From the NCBI GenBank assembly GCA_951406725.2, contig OX597814.1:100378001-100442000 (forward strand): DNA of 64,000 bases, in the 5' to 3' direction. This DNA comes from Octopus vulgaris. Lineage: Eukaryota. Numbering within the stretch: the first letter of the stretch is position 1; the number at the start of each line of letters is the position of its first letter. Position numbers and translations under genes: made by a program. Below are positions 1 through 14,187 of this stretch, in pieces. The notes under the pieces are model-generated. The model was not told the DNA's origin. It worked only from the letters and a program-made list of their open reading frames with translations, and searched no databases.

Positions 1-37
1 ATTAACCCCAAAAGAACGCGATATTACGGCGTGGGAT

Positions 38-80
<43 letters not shown>

Positions 81-90
81 TATATATATA

Positions 91-1141
91 TAAGGCTGAG
101 TAAAAAGTAAGCAACGTTTTGAAACATGAAAGTCATCACAATATATTTCAGCAATGCAGAAATTTTATTCATCAAATTAAGTACCATTACAAGCAACACA
201 TTTTTACCAACGAGTTACAACTTTGTCTATTCCGATAAAATCCAGAGTTCTAGAGTGTATGAACTCTTTGAATGCACTTTCAGTATCGGTTTGATTTTTG
301 AACTCCTCTCTCAGGAAACTATTAGGGTACTTGAAAAGCAGTAGTCGGTAGGAGAAAGGTCTGGGAAATAAGCTAGGTGGGGAACAGGACATTAGAGAAA
401 CGTATGGTCGAGCAATGTCATGAAGAAATGATTGGCCCTCTTTTGTTGACCAGTCTGGGATGGAGGACTATCAGCTTTTCGTTCGTTTTGGCCATTTCAT
501 AATTTTGCAGTAATGTTTTTCCCGGTTTTTAAGAAGTTATAGCGTATGAGTCCTGCAGTACACACCAAACAGTCACCATAACCTTCTTTTTGAAGATCAC
601 GAGTTTGAGGAAGATTTTCGCTACTTTATTTTGGTCCAACCACTGCAAAGAACATTTTTTTAAATTATTGTACAGAATCCACTTTTCATCGCAAGTTACA
701 ATACGGTAGAAAAATGAATTAGTCTGGTTATAAAGAAGCGACGAGCAAATTTCACATCTGCGCATTTCTGATTTTCATTCAAATCCTGTGGTACCCATTT
801 TTCTAGACTTTTTGAATTTCCGATCGGATGCAAATTGTTGCAGGCAGTTTTCTGGCTAACTTGAAGTTCTTTTGCCAGATATCGAGTGGTTTTACGTGAA
901 TTTTTCTCATTGACGTTCTGTAATTGACCGTCATCGATGACAGATGGGCGTCCAGTACGCTCATGATGTTCAAGTCCCAGGTCTCCACTTTAAAATCGTT
1001 TAAACCATTTCCGAGCTGACCACTCACTGGTCATTTCCTCACCACACGTTCCCTTGTAATCCGAGCAGTTTCAACTGCTTTACGTCCTTTTCTGAAGTTG
1101 AATAGCAAAATGGCTCGAATATCGCGCTTTGATAGTTCCAT
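91..1141 (-). mobile_element. Decayed mariner transposon (Hsmar1/cecropia-like transposase pseudogene) with 3' TIR
   Basis: Minus-strand fragments MELSKRDIRAILLFNFRKGRKAVETARI (HTH start), RIVTCDEKWILYNN...KKVMVTVW (first catalytic D), PHLAYFPDLSPTDY (YSPDLAP motif) and AFKEFIHSR..GIDKVVTRW. TIR-like taaggctgagtaaaaagtaagcaacgtttt at 91-120 next to a TA run. Frameshifted. Confidence 0.9.
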
Positions 1142-1306
1142 TTCAGATGATTGTAATAACGGTGAAAAAAATGTCAATGTTAATTTATTGATGTATTTGG
1201 GTAAGTGTGTGTGTATGTGTGTGCGAATTGTATGCACATATGTATGCATGTACTTGAAAGAATAGATATCAAAAAAATTCTATGTTATTCGAAAATTTAA
1301 TTTGAT

Positions 1307-1400
1307 TTGCACTACAGCTGTTTCAATGGCTGAATTTCAATTAGTGAATAGTTAATTTATTTATTTGAATGCAACGGGCAAATCGCTTCCTCAGGTACAA
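1307..1400 (-). ncRNA. Degenerate type I minimal hammerhead ribozyme
   Basis: Minus strand: ttgtac-CTGAGGA-[~65 nt, poorly paired stem II]-GAAAC-AGCT-GTA-gtgcaa. 6-bp stem I, palindromic stem III loop. Confidence 0.5.
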
Positions 1401-2039
1401 GTTTTGAAATTAAAATATCAGTATAGCTGTTTTGAATATAACTGAAAATGCAAATAAGACTATGGCCTAGCTCTGCCCAACATTTTCAGCAGTACAAAGT
1501 AAGAACAAAGTGTCAGTTAAATCACTTTTTTCATTAGCTTCGATTTCATATGCAGTAGCATAAGTGTTGAAGTTAATGTAAAAGAAATTTATATTTTCGT
1601 ATAAGTGATACAATTCAGATACAACAGTTTAAAAACATTACGAGCCAGAAGCTGGACTAAGATTTAAAACAATTTTTATGCCAAACTTAAATGATACAAG
1701 TGAATATATAACAAGCGGGTTATATAGTATATTGATATAGTTATTTGTATAAACTAAAAGAGTGCACTTAACGAAGTCTTTCTCCAACAATAGAACAGTG
1801 TTCAAATGAAAGCTGACAGCAATAAAACATTAAAGACGTAAAACCGTTAACGCCAATATTAAACTTTTTTCATCTATACATTCAGACTCAAAATCGATCA
1901 AAATAGAATTATTTCAATACAGATGCAAAGGTTTTTTCTTTATTATTTTGCTATTGAGTTTGTAGTGCATTTTTTTTACTTATTTGTTCTTCAATCCTTC
2001 TCCTGCATCACCTCCCCCACTTTCTTCTTCTTCATTAAA

Positions 2040-2043
<4 letters not shown>

Positions 2044-2105
<62 letters not shown>

Positions 2106-2184
2106 CATTATTATTATTATTATCATTATTATTATTATCATTATTATTATCATTATTGTCGACGTCATCATCATTATCATCATC

Positions 2185-2237
<53 letters not shown>
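2044..2237. repeat. (ATT)n / (ATC) microsatellite
   Basis: Direct reading; source of the poly-Y/poly-I ORFs. Confidence 0.95.
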
Positions 2238-2464
2238 GGCGAGCTGGGAGAATTGTTAGCCCTTCGTGGAAAATGCTTAGCGGTATTTTGTCCGTCTTTA
2301 CGTTTTGAGTTCAAATTCTGCCGAGGTCGACTTTGCCTTTAATCCTTTGGGGGGGGAGGTAAATAAATTAAATACCAGTTGCGCATTGGGCTCGATGTAA
2401 TGGACTATCCACCTCTCCCAAATTTCAGGCCTTGTGCCTATATTAGAAAGGATTATTATTATTC
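2238..2464 (+). mobile_element. tRNA-derived SINE, family A, with (ATT)n tail
   Basis: ggcgagctgg head, B-box gagttcaaattc, core gtcgactttgcctttaatcc, tail ccttgtgcctatattagaaaggattattatt; many other copies in the window. Confidence 0.85.
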
Positions 2465-4343
2465 CTCTTTATCATGGGTTTTGTAGGAGTTCCTGGAGTC
2501 TCGCATGTGTAGTGGCCAAAGATTGGTCTTGCGCTGCTAGAATAATGCTCTCGGTCTCCTTTTTTTTAGCGTTCCTTTCATCAGTCAATCCCACTTAATT
2601 TTTCTAGCAACTTCTGTTGTGCCTATATGGAATCGATTGTATAGTCCCTTCTTACGTAATTCTTCTTCGTGTTCTTTTTGTACTTCTTCCTTTGTTTTTC
2701 CTTCTTGCTTTACTTTCAATACTCTCTCGTTCCTAATTGTTACTATGAAGTCTACCTTACTTTGGGCAAGGTATCTCATTAAGCACTCGAGTTCAATACG
2801 CACGCAATCTTCCACACTTATGTGTTCTCTTCCTGTATTTGCTCTCTTCACGTATAGGAGATCAGTGTCTGCACGGGAATGATGGGCTCTATGCATTATT
2901 TCGAGCTTTCTTCGCTTCCTGTCCATCTCATTTAGCTATTCCTCTGTCCACTTCAGGAATCCTGCGTTTTACCTAACTACAACGACTGTACGAGGGTTTA
3001 TTGCCGAAATTATGTTTCTGGCATTCAATTTTGAAGCCAATATTCTTCTCACTCGCAGCAGATACTCTGTTTTTGTTTTTCTTTATGTCGTTGTTTTGAT
3101 TCCATCTGCCTCAAGTATTACCATGTGTATATAGCTGGGTTGAGGTTGAACTGCCTTCTTCATTTCACCACTGGCAACCATATGTCTTCACTCCTGACAA
3201 GCCTTCATTGTCTCATCGCCATCGTCCCCTTTTCTGTTTTAGTCTTCTGTTTTCTGTAAATTTCATGTCTCTGTCTCTTACTCACTTACTCTGTCTGTCT
3301 GTCTGTCTTTCTCTCTCTCTCTGTCTCTCTCTCTCTCTCTCGCTCTGCATATATATATATATGTGTGTGTGTGTATAGATAGATACATAGATATATATAT
3401 ATACACGCACACATACATAAATATATATATATTAAATACCAGTTGCGCATTGGGCTCGATGTAATGAACTATCCACCTCTCCCAAATTTCATGCCTTGTG
3501 CCTATATTAGAAAGGATTATTATTATTCCTCTTTATCACGGGTTTTGTAGGAGTTCCTGGAGTCTTGCATGTGTAGTAGGCTTGCTATCTGCAAACTACG
3601 GTACCATGCTATTTGTTCTTTACAGCTATCTAATACTTTCCTGATTATTCTGACGAGGCTGTCCGTTTCTCCTTCAGTTTTTTATGAATAGCTTCAGGTC
3701 GTCCGTGAACAGCAAGTGGTTTAGTTTTCCTTTACCACTTCCCAGATCGTAACCAAACTTTTTTGTTCTGTAGTATTTCATTCAAGGGGATCATTCCCAG
3801 CACGAAGATCAGTGGGGATACAGTGTCCTCCTGGAAGATTCCTCTCTTGATTTTCACCTCTCCTAATATCTGATTTCCAGCTGTTAATTCCGTTCTCCAG
3901 CACTTCATGCTATTTCGTATAAGGCTTCTCATATTTTCTGCTACTCCATATATTTCCATTGTTCTTATTATCCAGAAGTGTGGTATCATATCGTATGCTT
4001 TACGCTCGTTAACCAATGCTACGCTCAGGCTAGTATGTCTTCTCGTTCAGTTCCTGATAAGGAGATCATCAATTAGGAGCTGATCCTTCGTTCTCACGGC
4101 TCCTCTTTTGGCTCCCTTTCGGTTCAACAGGTTGCAGCCCAATTTTTTCCAAGTGTCCGTACAGCTCACCGGCTAAAGCATCTGACATTAGTTTCCACAT
4201 TAGCGGAAGGTTCGTTATTGGTCGAAAGTTGGATTCAACATTTCCCTTGTCAGGATTCTTGGCACATAATGTCTTTCCCTTTGTCATCCAGATGAGTACT
4301 GCGCCTTCCAGCAAGTACTCATATACTGTTGCGCTATCCTTTC
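2465..4343 (-). pseudogene. Old, decayed R4/Dong-type non-LTR retrotransposon (RT region, internally deleted)
   Basis: Fragments SNFRPITNLPLMWKL, KAYDMIPHFWI, KRGIFQEDTVSPLIFVL, HLLFTDDLKL and MDRKRRKL.IMHRAHHSRADTDLLYVKR are colinear with the intact ORF at 57079-59919. (AAT)n at both ends. Confidence 0.88.
3222..3578. other. Composite templated insertion (inverted copy of ~5130-5398 plus direct copy of ~2367-2513)
   Basis: 3222-3425 is the reverse complement of ~5130-5398; 3430-3578 repeats ~2367-2513 almost exactly; the insertion interrupts the RT frame. Confidence 0.8.
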
Positions 4344-4384
<41 letters not shown>

Positions 4385-4400
4385 TTATTATTATTATTAT
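4344..4400. repeat. (TAT)n at the 5' junction of the decayed R4/Dong copy
   Basis: Direct reading. Confidence 0.9.
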
Positions 4401-4741
4401 GTAAAGACGATGAGATGGCAGAATCGTTTGCACGTGGACAAAATGCTTCACGGCAGTTCTTTGGCTCTTGATTTCTAAGGTTAAATGCCCCTCTCCCTAA
4501 AAATACAGGCCTTCGATCAAAATTATCAGGATCGATGTTAATATTTTCTTCGTTGCACCTTTTGCATATTTTGAGGATGAAATAGAAAATATCTGTGTAT
4601 ATGTGTATGTATGAATGTATGCATGCATGCATGAATACATGCTTACATGTGTTTCTTTGTGTATGTGCGCGTGTGTGTATGTATCTATTTATAAATATAT
4701 ATACATGCATATCTCTATCTATAAATGCATATAAATATATA

Positions 4742-4971
4742 TTTCTTTATTGCACACAAGGGGCTAAACACAGAGAGGACAAACAAGGACAGACAAACGG
4801 ATTAAGTCGATTACATCGACCCCAGTGCGTGACTGGTACTTTATTTACCGACCCCGAAAGGATGAAAGGCAAAGTCGACCTCAGCGGAATTTGAACTCAG
4901 AACGTAACGGCAGACGAAATACCGCTAAGTATTTCGCCCGGCGTCCTAACGTTTCTGCCAGCTCGCCGCCT
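4742..4971 (-). mobile_element. SINE family A, full length, with 15-bp TSD
   Basis: TSD tgcatataaatatat at 4726-4740 and 4972-4986; A/B-box head aaggcggcgagctggcagaaacg...gagttcaaattcc on minus. Confidence 0.9.
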
Positions 4972-5090
4972 TGCATATAAATATATGTATAAATATTATG
5001 TAAACATATCATCTCAAACATACAATCAATATTCTGTTTTATATACATATTTGTGGTACATAGCAGTCATCCACCTACACAATAAAAGCT

Positions 5091-5138
<48 letters not shown>

Positions 5139-5277
5139 TGTATGTGTGTGTGCATACGCGTGTATATATGTATATATATATCTATGTATCTATCTATACA
5201 CACACACACATATATATATATATATAAATATACATGCAGAGCGAGAGAGAGAGAGAGAGAGACAGAGAGAGAGAGAC

Positions 5278-5318
<41 letters not shown>

Positions 5319-5354
5319 CAGACAGACAGAGTAAGTGAGTAAGAGACAGAGACA

Positions 5355-5530
5355 TCAAATTTACAGAAAACAGAAGACTAAAACAGAAAAGGGAACGAGG
5401 AGGTATATTAGCCCCACGCTCGGGAAGAATGGAAATGTCTTTGACATCAGATGCCAGGGCCCTTCGACATAAAGGGTTCAGAGCAAATACATGGAGAGAG
5501 AACGAAAAAACCGAGAGTAAAAATGGGTAG
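5355..5530 (-). mobile_element. Short dispersed repeat (family H, putative PLE-derived), decayed copy
   Basis: Similar to 24905-25075, 29500-29628 and 37455-37630 (shared ..gagcgt..gctaata..cc..gtcttc..ttttctgtaaatt end). Confidence 0.55.
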
Positions 5531-5767
5531 GGATAAACTGTGCAACATGATAGGTATATGTGTCTATATATATGTGTGTGTATCTATAGATATGTATTTA
5601 TATTTATATGTATATATGTATCTCTTTCCCTCTCTCTCTATATATATTATATGTATATACATATGTATAAAATATATATATACTATATATACATACATAT
5701 ATAATATATATATATATACATCATATATTATATATATATTATGTTATATATATATATTATATCTATA

Positions 5768-5805
<38 letters not shown>

Positions 5806-5840
5806 TATATATATATTATGTTATATATATATATATTATA

Positions 5841-5873
<33 letters not shown>

Positions 5874-6469
5874 CATATAATATAGATATATAATATATCT
5901 ATAATATATATCACCGTGACCGACCAAGCCATCAGATGTTGCTACACATCGCTGGTCACAATGCGCTTCGCATTGCTTTAGCTCTCAAATGACTCCACAC
6001 CGCTGGCTAAGCGAGCAGGCCAATAATATATATATATAATGTAGTATATATATATATAATATAATATATATATATAGTAGCTATATATATACTATATATA
6101 TATACATAATATATATAATATATATATAAACGCGCACACACACACACACACACAAACACACATATATATGTATGTATGAATGTACGCTTGTATATAAACA
6201 TACATACAATCACTCACAAGTATATGCTCCTCTCATAACTTCGAGCTTGATACATATGTGGTTTTAATGTAATGCACATGCACAGAAGAACATAACATAG
6301 GACGTGTGTTGGTGTATACACGTGCATTTGTGTGAGTGCATGTATACATGTATATATATATATATGTAGGTCCCGGGTTGAGTCGGGGTTAACCACAGTA
6401 AATAAGGTTCTCAATACATAGCAGAGTAAAGTAATTTATTTTATAGAAGGAGCTTCTACAGGACTAGAA

Positions 6470-7150
<681 letters not shown>

Positions 7151-7555
7151 TACAAAGAGAGTGAGAGAAAGAGAGAAAGTGAGAGAAACGTATAGGATAT
7201 AGCAAACTTTTGTGCACATACAGACACACGTGCGTGCACTCATACACACGTCTACACACACGCTCATATACATACACGTAAAGCATAAAGAATGAAACTC
7301 ATCAAACGACCGGTCACAGCTTGTTTTTTTTTTGTCTCCCACTCTGCCTCTTTTTAAAATAGATAAGTGCAAAAATATATACATAGTGGCATATATTCAT
7401 TTAAACACACACACTCACACACACACACACACACACATACACACACACGCACACACACATATACGCACGTGCACACGAGATATTTACTTGTTTGGAAATC
7501 TATCTTCGTCTGTGTGTATGTATATATACATATATAAATATACATACATACATAC

Positions 7556-7609
<54 letters not shown>

Positions 7610-8002
7610 GAAAAAACAGTGAAGATTTTGAGGATGCGTTAAATTTTAATATAAATTTATATTTTTCGTGTTTTTAAATTATGTTTAACGTTTTAAGGAT
7701 TTATATTATGTTTAACTTTTTAAGGTTTATGTTATGCATTTGTATGTATGAAATTTGTAAACATAGGGAATATATGAAAACCTATACAAATGTAGTTCTT
7801 CATACATTAAATATGTTTTCATTATAGTTTTGCTGAAAATATGTTGCTGGTATTCATAAGCCAAGTTAGACATATATAACGCAAGTTAAACGGGGAGAAA
7901 TCTTTTTTTATACAGAAACATTTCGCATATACATTTTTGAGTGTGATAAGGCTAAAAGAGATTTTGAAAAGACCCCCAAAAATATTTAACATTTCACACA
8001 CC

Positions 8003-8051
<49 letters not shown>

Positions 8052-8057
<6 letters not shown>

Positions 8058-8597
8058 CCAAAAGTTAAGGAATGGAGTAGATGAAATCCAGGTTACATAT
8101 GTTTCATAGCAAGCGGAACCTCGGAAATAGTAATTATCCAAGCGAGGTGTATCCTGCAGGTCAAGGGTATCTTGACTATATGAAGTTTACTTTAATTTTG
8201 GGAGGCCCATGTTAACACATGGTGGATTCGTTCAGAATCCTAACGGACACCACGACAATTTCGAACAGGATCTTACCACTATTATTAAAAACATAAAATT
8301 TAAACCCACAAACAGAGCATCTAATCCTCGCCTAACTAAAATCGATGAAATTATTTAAAAACTCCAGATATAGCCTGGAATTCTCATCCACGCTTAAAAG
8401 AGATATTCTGATCAAATATTCTGTGTGTTAACATGGGCCTCATGACAACAATATAAACTTCTTATACCCAAGATACGTTTGGCTTGAAGAGTGGCCTGCA
8501 GTATATACCTTGCTTGGATAATTATTACTTTCGCTCGCTATGAAACATACGCAACCCGGATTTTATCTGTTCCATTCATTAACTCTTAGATTTATAT
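8052..8597. repeat. Inverted repeat (~190-bp diverged arms, 8052-8240 / 8405-8597) carrying a decayed hammerhead
   Basis: ggaggcccatgttaacaca vs tgtgttaacatgggcctc; taattatccaagcgagg vs ccttgcttggataatta. Right arm: ggc-TTGAAGA-gtggc...gctat-GAAAC-atac-GCA-acc (8481-8556). Left arm on minus keeps GAAAC-ATAT-GTA-acc. Confidence 0.75.
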
Positions 8598-9300
8598 CCG
8601 CATACCTAGCAATCCTGGCAGCCTACTGCGAAATATAAAATAATTTTTTTCAGGTTGTCATATTTGGATACGGGAAAAATTCACAATCTTCCGCACCAAT
8701 AAAGCACTACTGTTCCTGAGAGTTGTCTTTTCTTAAATATTTTCTATCGAGTGCTTGAAGCTAACTTTCTTCTTACACCTTTATCCTTGGAACTTACATT
8801 TGTACATATATATATAATATATATATATATACATATACACAAGCTGAAAGGTATATGAATAGATATATATACATACTTAATGTATATACATACATATAAA
8901 TATATATATATATAAATATGTATATGTATATACATACATATATATAAATACATACATATATTTATATGCATATACAAACCTACATATAATCATAAATATA
9001 ATAATCTTATAATTATAAGCATAATTATAATTTTAGAATTTTTGTATAAGGTTACTGATAAAGGTTATTTAACATAACATACCGAACTACTTGGTAAAAT
9101 TATTAATTAATTAATTAGTTTTACCCTTTATTATTATTATTATAAACATAAATATATATATATGTATATATAAAGTATATATATATATATGTGTGTGTAT
9201 ATATATACATACATATATATATATCAATATATATATATATATATGTATATGACTGTATATATGTGTATGTATATATATATATGTATGTATATGTATATAC

Positions 9301-9344
<44 letters not shown>

Positions 9345-9429
9345 TATTATATTATCTTATATTATATTATATTATATTATATTATATTATATTTATTATA
9401 TATGTTACATGATACTTTCTAATGTTGAA

Positions 9430-9955
9430 GAAAGCCAAGTAGATTTTCTCAGCTTATTTCTTGCAATATATTACGAATTGTTTTCTTTCTTTTCTGTTCG
9501 CATTCTGCACTTCTTGTCACGTGTTCAATAAGTTTCTTTTTTATTTTATTTTTTGACAATGTAAACAATTCTTTAATAAATACTGATGGCATGAACTGAA
9601 ATTGTTTTTGCTTATACTTTAGTACATTCTGCACCAGTTTTTCAGATTCTTTACGACGTGGTTTTCTCGTAAAATTCAGATATACTATGCAAATATTGTA
9701 CACCCGTCCATTATTATACATAATATATTAAAATATGTATAATTAGCATTTTTGCATGATATAATGTTGTAATGTATGAACAATGTGGGACATTGCTCAT
9801 TTTTACAGGTTAAATACAGTGAGAAGGGCTGCGCTTATGACACTGTCTTCTAAGCAATTCCACATTGGAGGTAGGAAAGTGAAAAGTTATCTTCAAGCCA
9901 GAGACAGACCCAAATGCTCTTAGCTGTAGAGATACTCAAGAATTAGACATTGGTA
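9430..9955 (-). pseudogene. Possible THAP / P-element-like transposase relic
   Basis: Minus strand near 9955-9840 reads MSNS*VSLQLRAFGSVSGLKITFHFPTSNVELLRRQ (THAP-like FH.FP motif); a basic segment ...KRKKTIRNIL lies downstream. Weak. Confidence 0.22.
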
Positions 9956-11094
9956 TTAAATCGGGAAGTTTGTTTTCATTTCCCTAAACCCGCAAAATTT
10001 TGTGTTAAATTAGATTCCGAGGAGTGGTAGAAAATTCTTCAGATGTAAATTTAAACTGTTTGATTATATCTTAATAATACTAAAACTCTAGATGTTTGTT
10101 TTTACCCGAAATATCTCAGAAATAGTATATTTTATATTAATTTTGTTTTGCATGTATATTTTGATACTTATGCAGTGCAATACAAATGTTTCTGATATGT
10201 GGATCTCTATTAAGAATGCAAACGATTAAACAAAATTTTTGTTTGTTATTTCTTGAAGAAATAACAAAAGACGTTAACAATAACAAAATACGTCAAGAAA
10301 CATACAGAGTACACACACATAATGGATGTCATGGCCTGGGAATCAACACAAACACACGCCCGCTATCTGTGACATATATACCCACAGCGTTTTCCCGCGC
10401 TCTCTATCACTCCGTAAAAAAAAGACGTCGACTCTTTTTACTTACACAAAATTTTAATAATTTCGAAATATTTTTAAGTGAATATTATTTCAAAAATGTA
10501 AATTGTTTGTACAGTAAGTATTTATATTTTAGCTTTCTTTAAAAACAATAATTTAATGGTTTTTTTTAATTATTTTCAAGTGAATATCACTACAAAAACT
10601 TTTTCGAGTGCATTCAACGTATCTCAGCTCCAAAGATTTGGTTGCTTTTTCTCGCACGCTCTGCTACCACGTAACAGCTATTTACGATAAAGACCCCCAA
10701 CTACCTGTTAAGTGGTTGCAGGGCGTGCAAGAAACAGCAGCCAAATCTTTCCTATTTCTGGGAAATGGGCCGTTTCCGCGTGATTTCGATGACACATTCG
10801 TTGAAAGCATGCGAAATAACCCAGAAAGAAAAACATCCACGAAACAAAACTCCGTTGCTGGGAAATCATCAAAATGTAATTGTGACAACAACATTCGGTA
10901 CTATGAAAAACTCATCAAATATTATTTCAACTTATCAATTTATTTTATGTCCATTAACATACTTCAGGCTGCTTTCCGTGCATTTTTCACTAAATATGAA
11001 CGTGTTAATTATTATGAATATGTAGTCTTCTTTTAGAAATGATGAAAGAAATTTTTAAAGTAATGTTCTAATATCATTATTATTTTTTTCAGCG

Positions 11095-11165
<71 letters not shown>

Positions 11166-11854
11166 AAATAATTTTTGCCTCTTTTTATGGAGACAAATGG
11201 GTTTATGAGTGCTCAAATGAAATTGAGACACAGATAAAAACATTGATCAGAGAACAAACATCAAGTTCGAGTCAATGACTTCAAATATAACACCACACCT
11301 CCAAACATTTGATCATATATAAGTATTACTATGGCCTTTAACATATAAAGAATACATATATAAAAATAAACACAGAAGGTAAAAAATATATATGCAAATA
11401 AAAATACAGATATATAGAATGGTCTAACAAGAAGGTATATACAATCGACTAAAAATCCGAAAGCGTGTCATACGACTAAAAATCTAAATAAAATAACATA
11501 TCAATCGACTTATAAAATTTTTTCTTACTCCCCTCAAACCAAAAATTATGACCAAAAAGTTCATTTCATAAAAACCATGATAGTTTCGAGTGCAGGAGCG
11601 TAAAATTGTGCCATAAATTCAAGCCAAACATATCTATGGCCATTTCGGGAGTTCACTTCCGCGGTGCGATTACGAGTTAAGATGCATCTCGACAATGACC
11701 CCCTCATCCGGATGAACAGGAATCGCGCGCGTGTGTATTATTGCTTCGAAAATTTACTCAGAATCTATATCAATATCTTAGAAAATTGATGCATTTCACA
11801 ATAGAAGACAAGTTCGCAACATCCCGAATCTATGATATCCTATATCATTTTCTA

Positions 11855-12003
11855 CTTTTCTACTCTAGGCACAAGGCCCGAAAATTTGGGGCAGGGGGCC
11901 AGCCGATGAGATCGTCTCCAGTACGCAACTGCTACTTAATTTATCGAACCCGAAAGGATAAAAGGCAAAGTCGACCTCCGCGGAATTTGGACTCAAAACG
12001 TAG
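11855..12003 (-). mobile_element. SINE family A, partial
   Basis: ggcacaaggccc...cccgaaaggataaaaggcaaagtcgacc...ggaatttggactc. Confidence 0.8.
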
Positions 12004-12356
12004 GATTTCCTATATTGACTGAAATCTCCCCTACTTAATCCTCTTTCTCTTATTTTATTCCCGCATTTTACTATTGTTAATTCCACAGTTAAGAATTTAA
12101 AAGTTTCTACACAATTTTAGGTGTGCGGGGCAAGTAAGAAATGATTTGAAATGAGACCAACGAATTTGCCGTTTCTATAGAACAATGTCAATATAAATAC
12201 TTAATCGAGTATCGAAATTTACCTGTAAATTTTTCCAAGCATACTTTGACTTTATTAAGAAAGTTGCATTCTCTAACGCTCTTTTTTCGTTTGGTATCTG
12301 AAGCATCTCAGCATAAACAAGATCTTTAAAGACTTTCTCTTAAAAATCCTGAAGTA

Positions 12357-12448
<92 letters not shown>

Positions 12449-14187
12449 GTGTGTGTGGACAGACTCATCGAAAGCTTAAGAAAATGAAGGGCAATTAGTA
12501 GAAGAAGCTTTTCGTGAGAGTGTTTTTCCCAGTGCCTCTCGTAATTATTTGCTTCGACAGCAATTTCCTTTCCACAACCTATTTTCGATATTTTTATATC
12601 TAACTTACATTTGAAAACAAGGCGTTATAATTTATTCTCTATCAGAGAAAGTGTTACGTTATGTTTTTTCTTTCTTTCTTGGTTAAAAATAAATATTTTC
12701 ATAGGACACTACTTTCAACAATGAACTTTCACAACTCTCGACATATAATTTCTCTTTGTTGGTATATGTTTTTAAACACGTAAACTTTTCGTAACTTAAT
12801 CCAAAACACCAGCTTCAGTTCTCTTTCTGTCTTAGTCTGATGTATTTTTCAGAGTATATTAAGATCTTTTCTTGTATTAAGAGAGAAAGAAATTTAGCTA
12901 ACAATCAGCAATTATCCTGAATAAATAAGATCTTATTTTGGCACTGTTCCTTGAATTAACCATCGCATTCTGTCTTTCTACTTCATATTTTTTTATTGGG
13001 ATGGAGAAAATAATAACAAAGCTCAATTTTCAAAACATAAAATACAAGCGCGCTAGTATCACAAACTACGAACATAGGAGAATTCTGTAGAATACAATTA
13101 TCAATTGTAAACTACCACTTCAGGATTAAACAAATATCAAAATTGTTATTTGGAGAATTACGACTGAATGCGTTATGGAGCATATTTAATTATCCAATGC
13201 AGCGCACTTGCTACATGCGCCATATTTTGGTCATCAGTTTTTCATACTTTAGATTCTGAAGGAAAATAATACCGACTACAGTGAGCAGTACATATAAATA
13301 AATTGTGTGAGATTACTATGTAACTTTTGAAAACACAGTCTGTACATGCCTATGGCATGGTGTAAAACAATCTGATGTAAATCAGAACGTTACAATAATA
13401 ATAAGGATGAGAATTTCAAGAGCGAATGCTGATTAAGTTGGAAGAGATTTCGATCACTGGACATTGTGTTAGCCTTATGAAATATAAATAAAGAAGAGAT
13501 GGTAGCATGAAGCAACGTACAGAGAGTTCTAGTGCATTAGTCCGGCCGGATGTTATTGTCAAGGATCTTCAAGATAAGATGTGTCTCGAAAGCGAGTTAT
13601 CATTCCCGACTGGCGATAAAGTATTTCTGAAAGAAATGACAAAATTTATTCCTAATTTTCTTGAAGAGAAAAGAGAATAGTCAAAACAAAGAACTCTAAA
13701 AATAGAGATTGAATTTTGGAACAAAAAGGTGAAAACAGTCCCCATAAGAGCCATGAGAATTATTGAAATAGATATAGATAAATACATAGCCCGAAACCCA
13801 AGATTTACACTTATGCACAACACCGACAGAATAGTTTCACTAAGCGCTCAACATATGGTATAAAATATCGCTGTTAGAATAAGAAAACGAAAGCAAATCC
13901 AAGCACGGGCCTAAAGCACACAGAGAAGTGATAGATTATGGTGTGAAAGAAGGCAGTAATAAATATAAAACTACTGCAAGTTGACAGTATTATGACAATT
14001 TCTAAGGTGGCAACCCGCAAATGATCTGGAAGGGAATTGGTAATTACAATTACTCTTGAGAGGAGAAAATGCAAAATGTACATCAGTTTTATTTGGACAC
14101 AGGGCTTAAACAGTGCAAGGAATTCTATCGGACATGCTGACGCTACAGTTTTTATAACAATGATTTATATTTATGTATATGTATATA

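Noticed and set aside
10608-11036. 142-aa ORF as a host exon
   Set aside because: No recognisable domain, non-ATG start and no clear splice context.
13300-14090. Purine-rich stretch resembling coding sequence (also 33900-34450)
   Set aside because: Frequent stops and no motif I can recognise; possibly ancient transposon debris.
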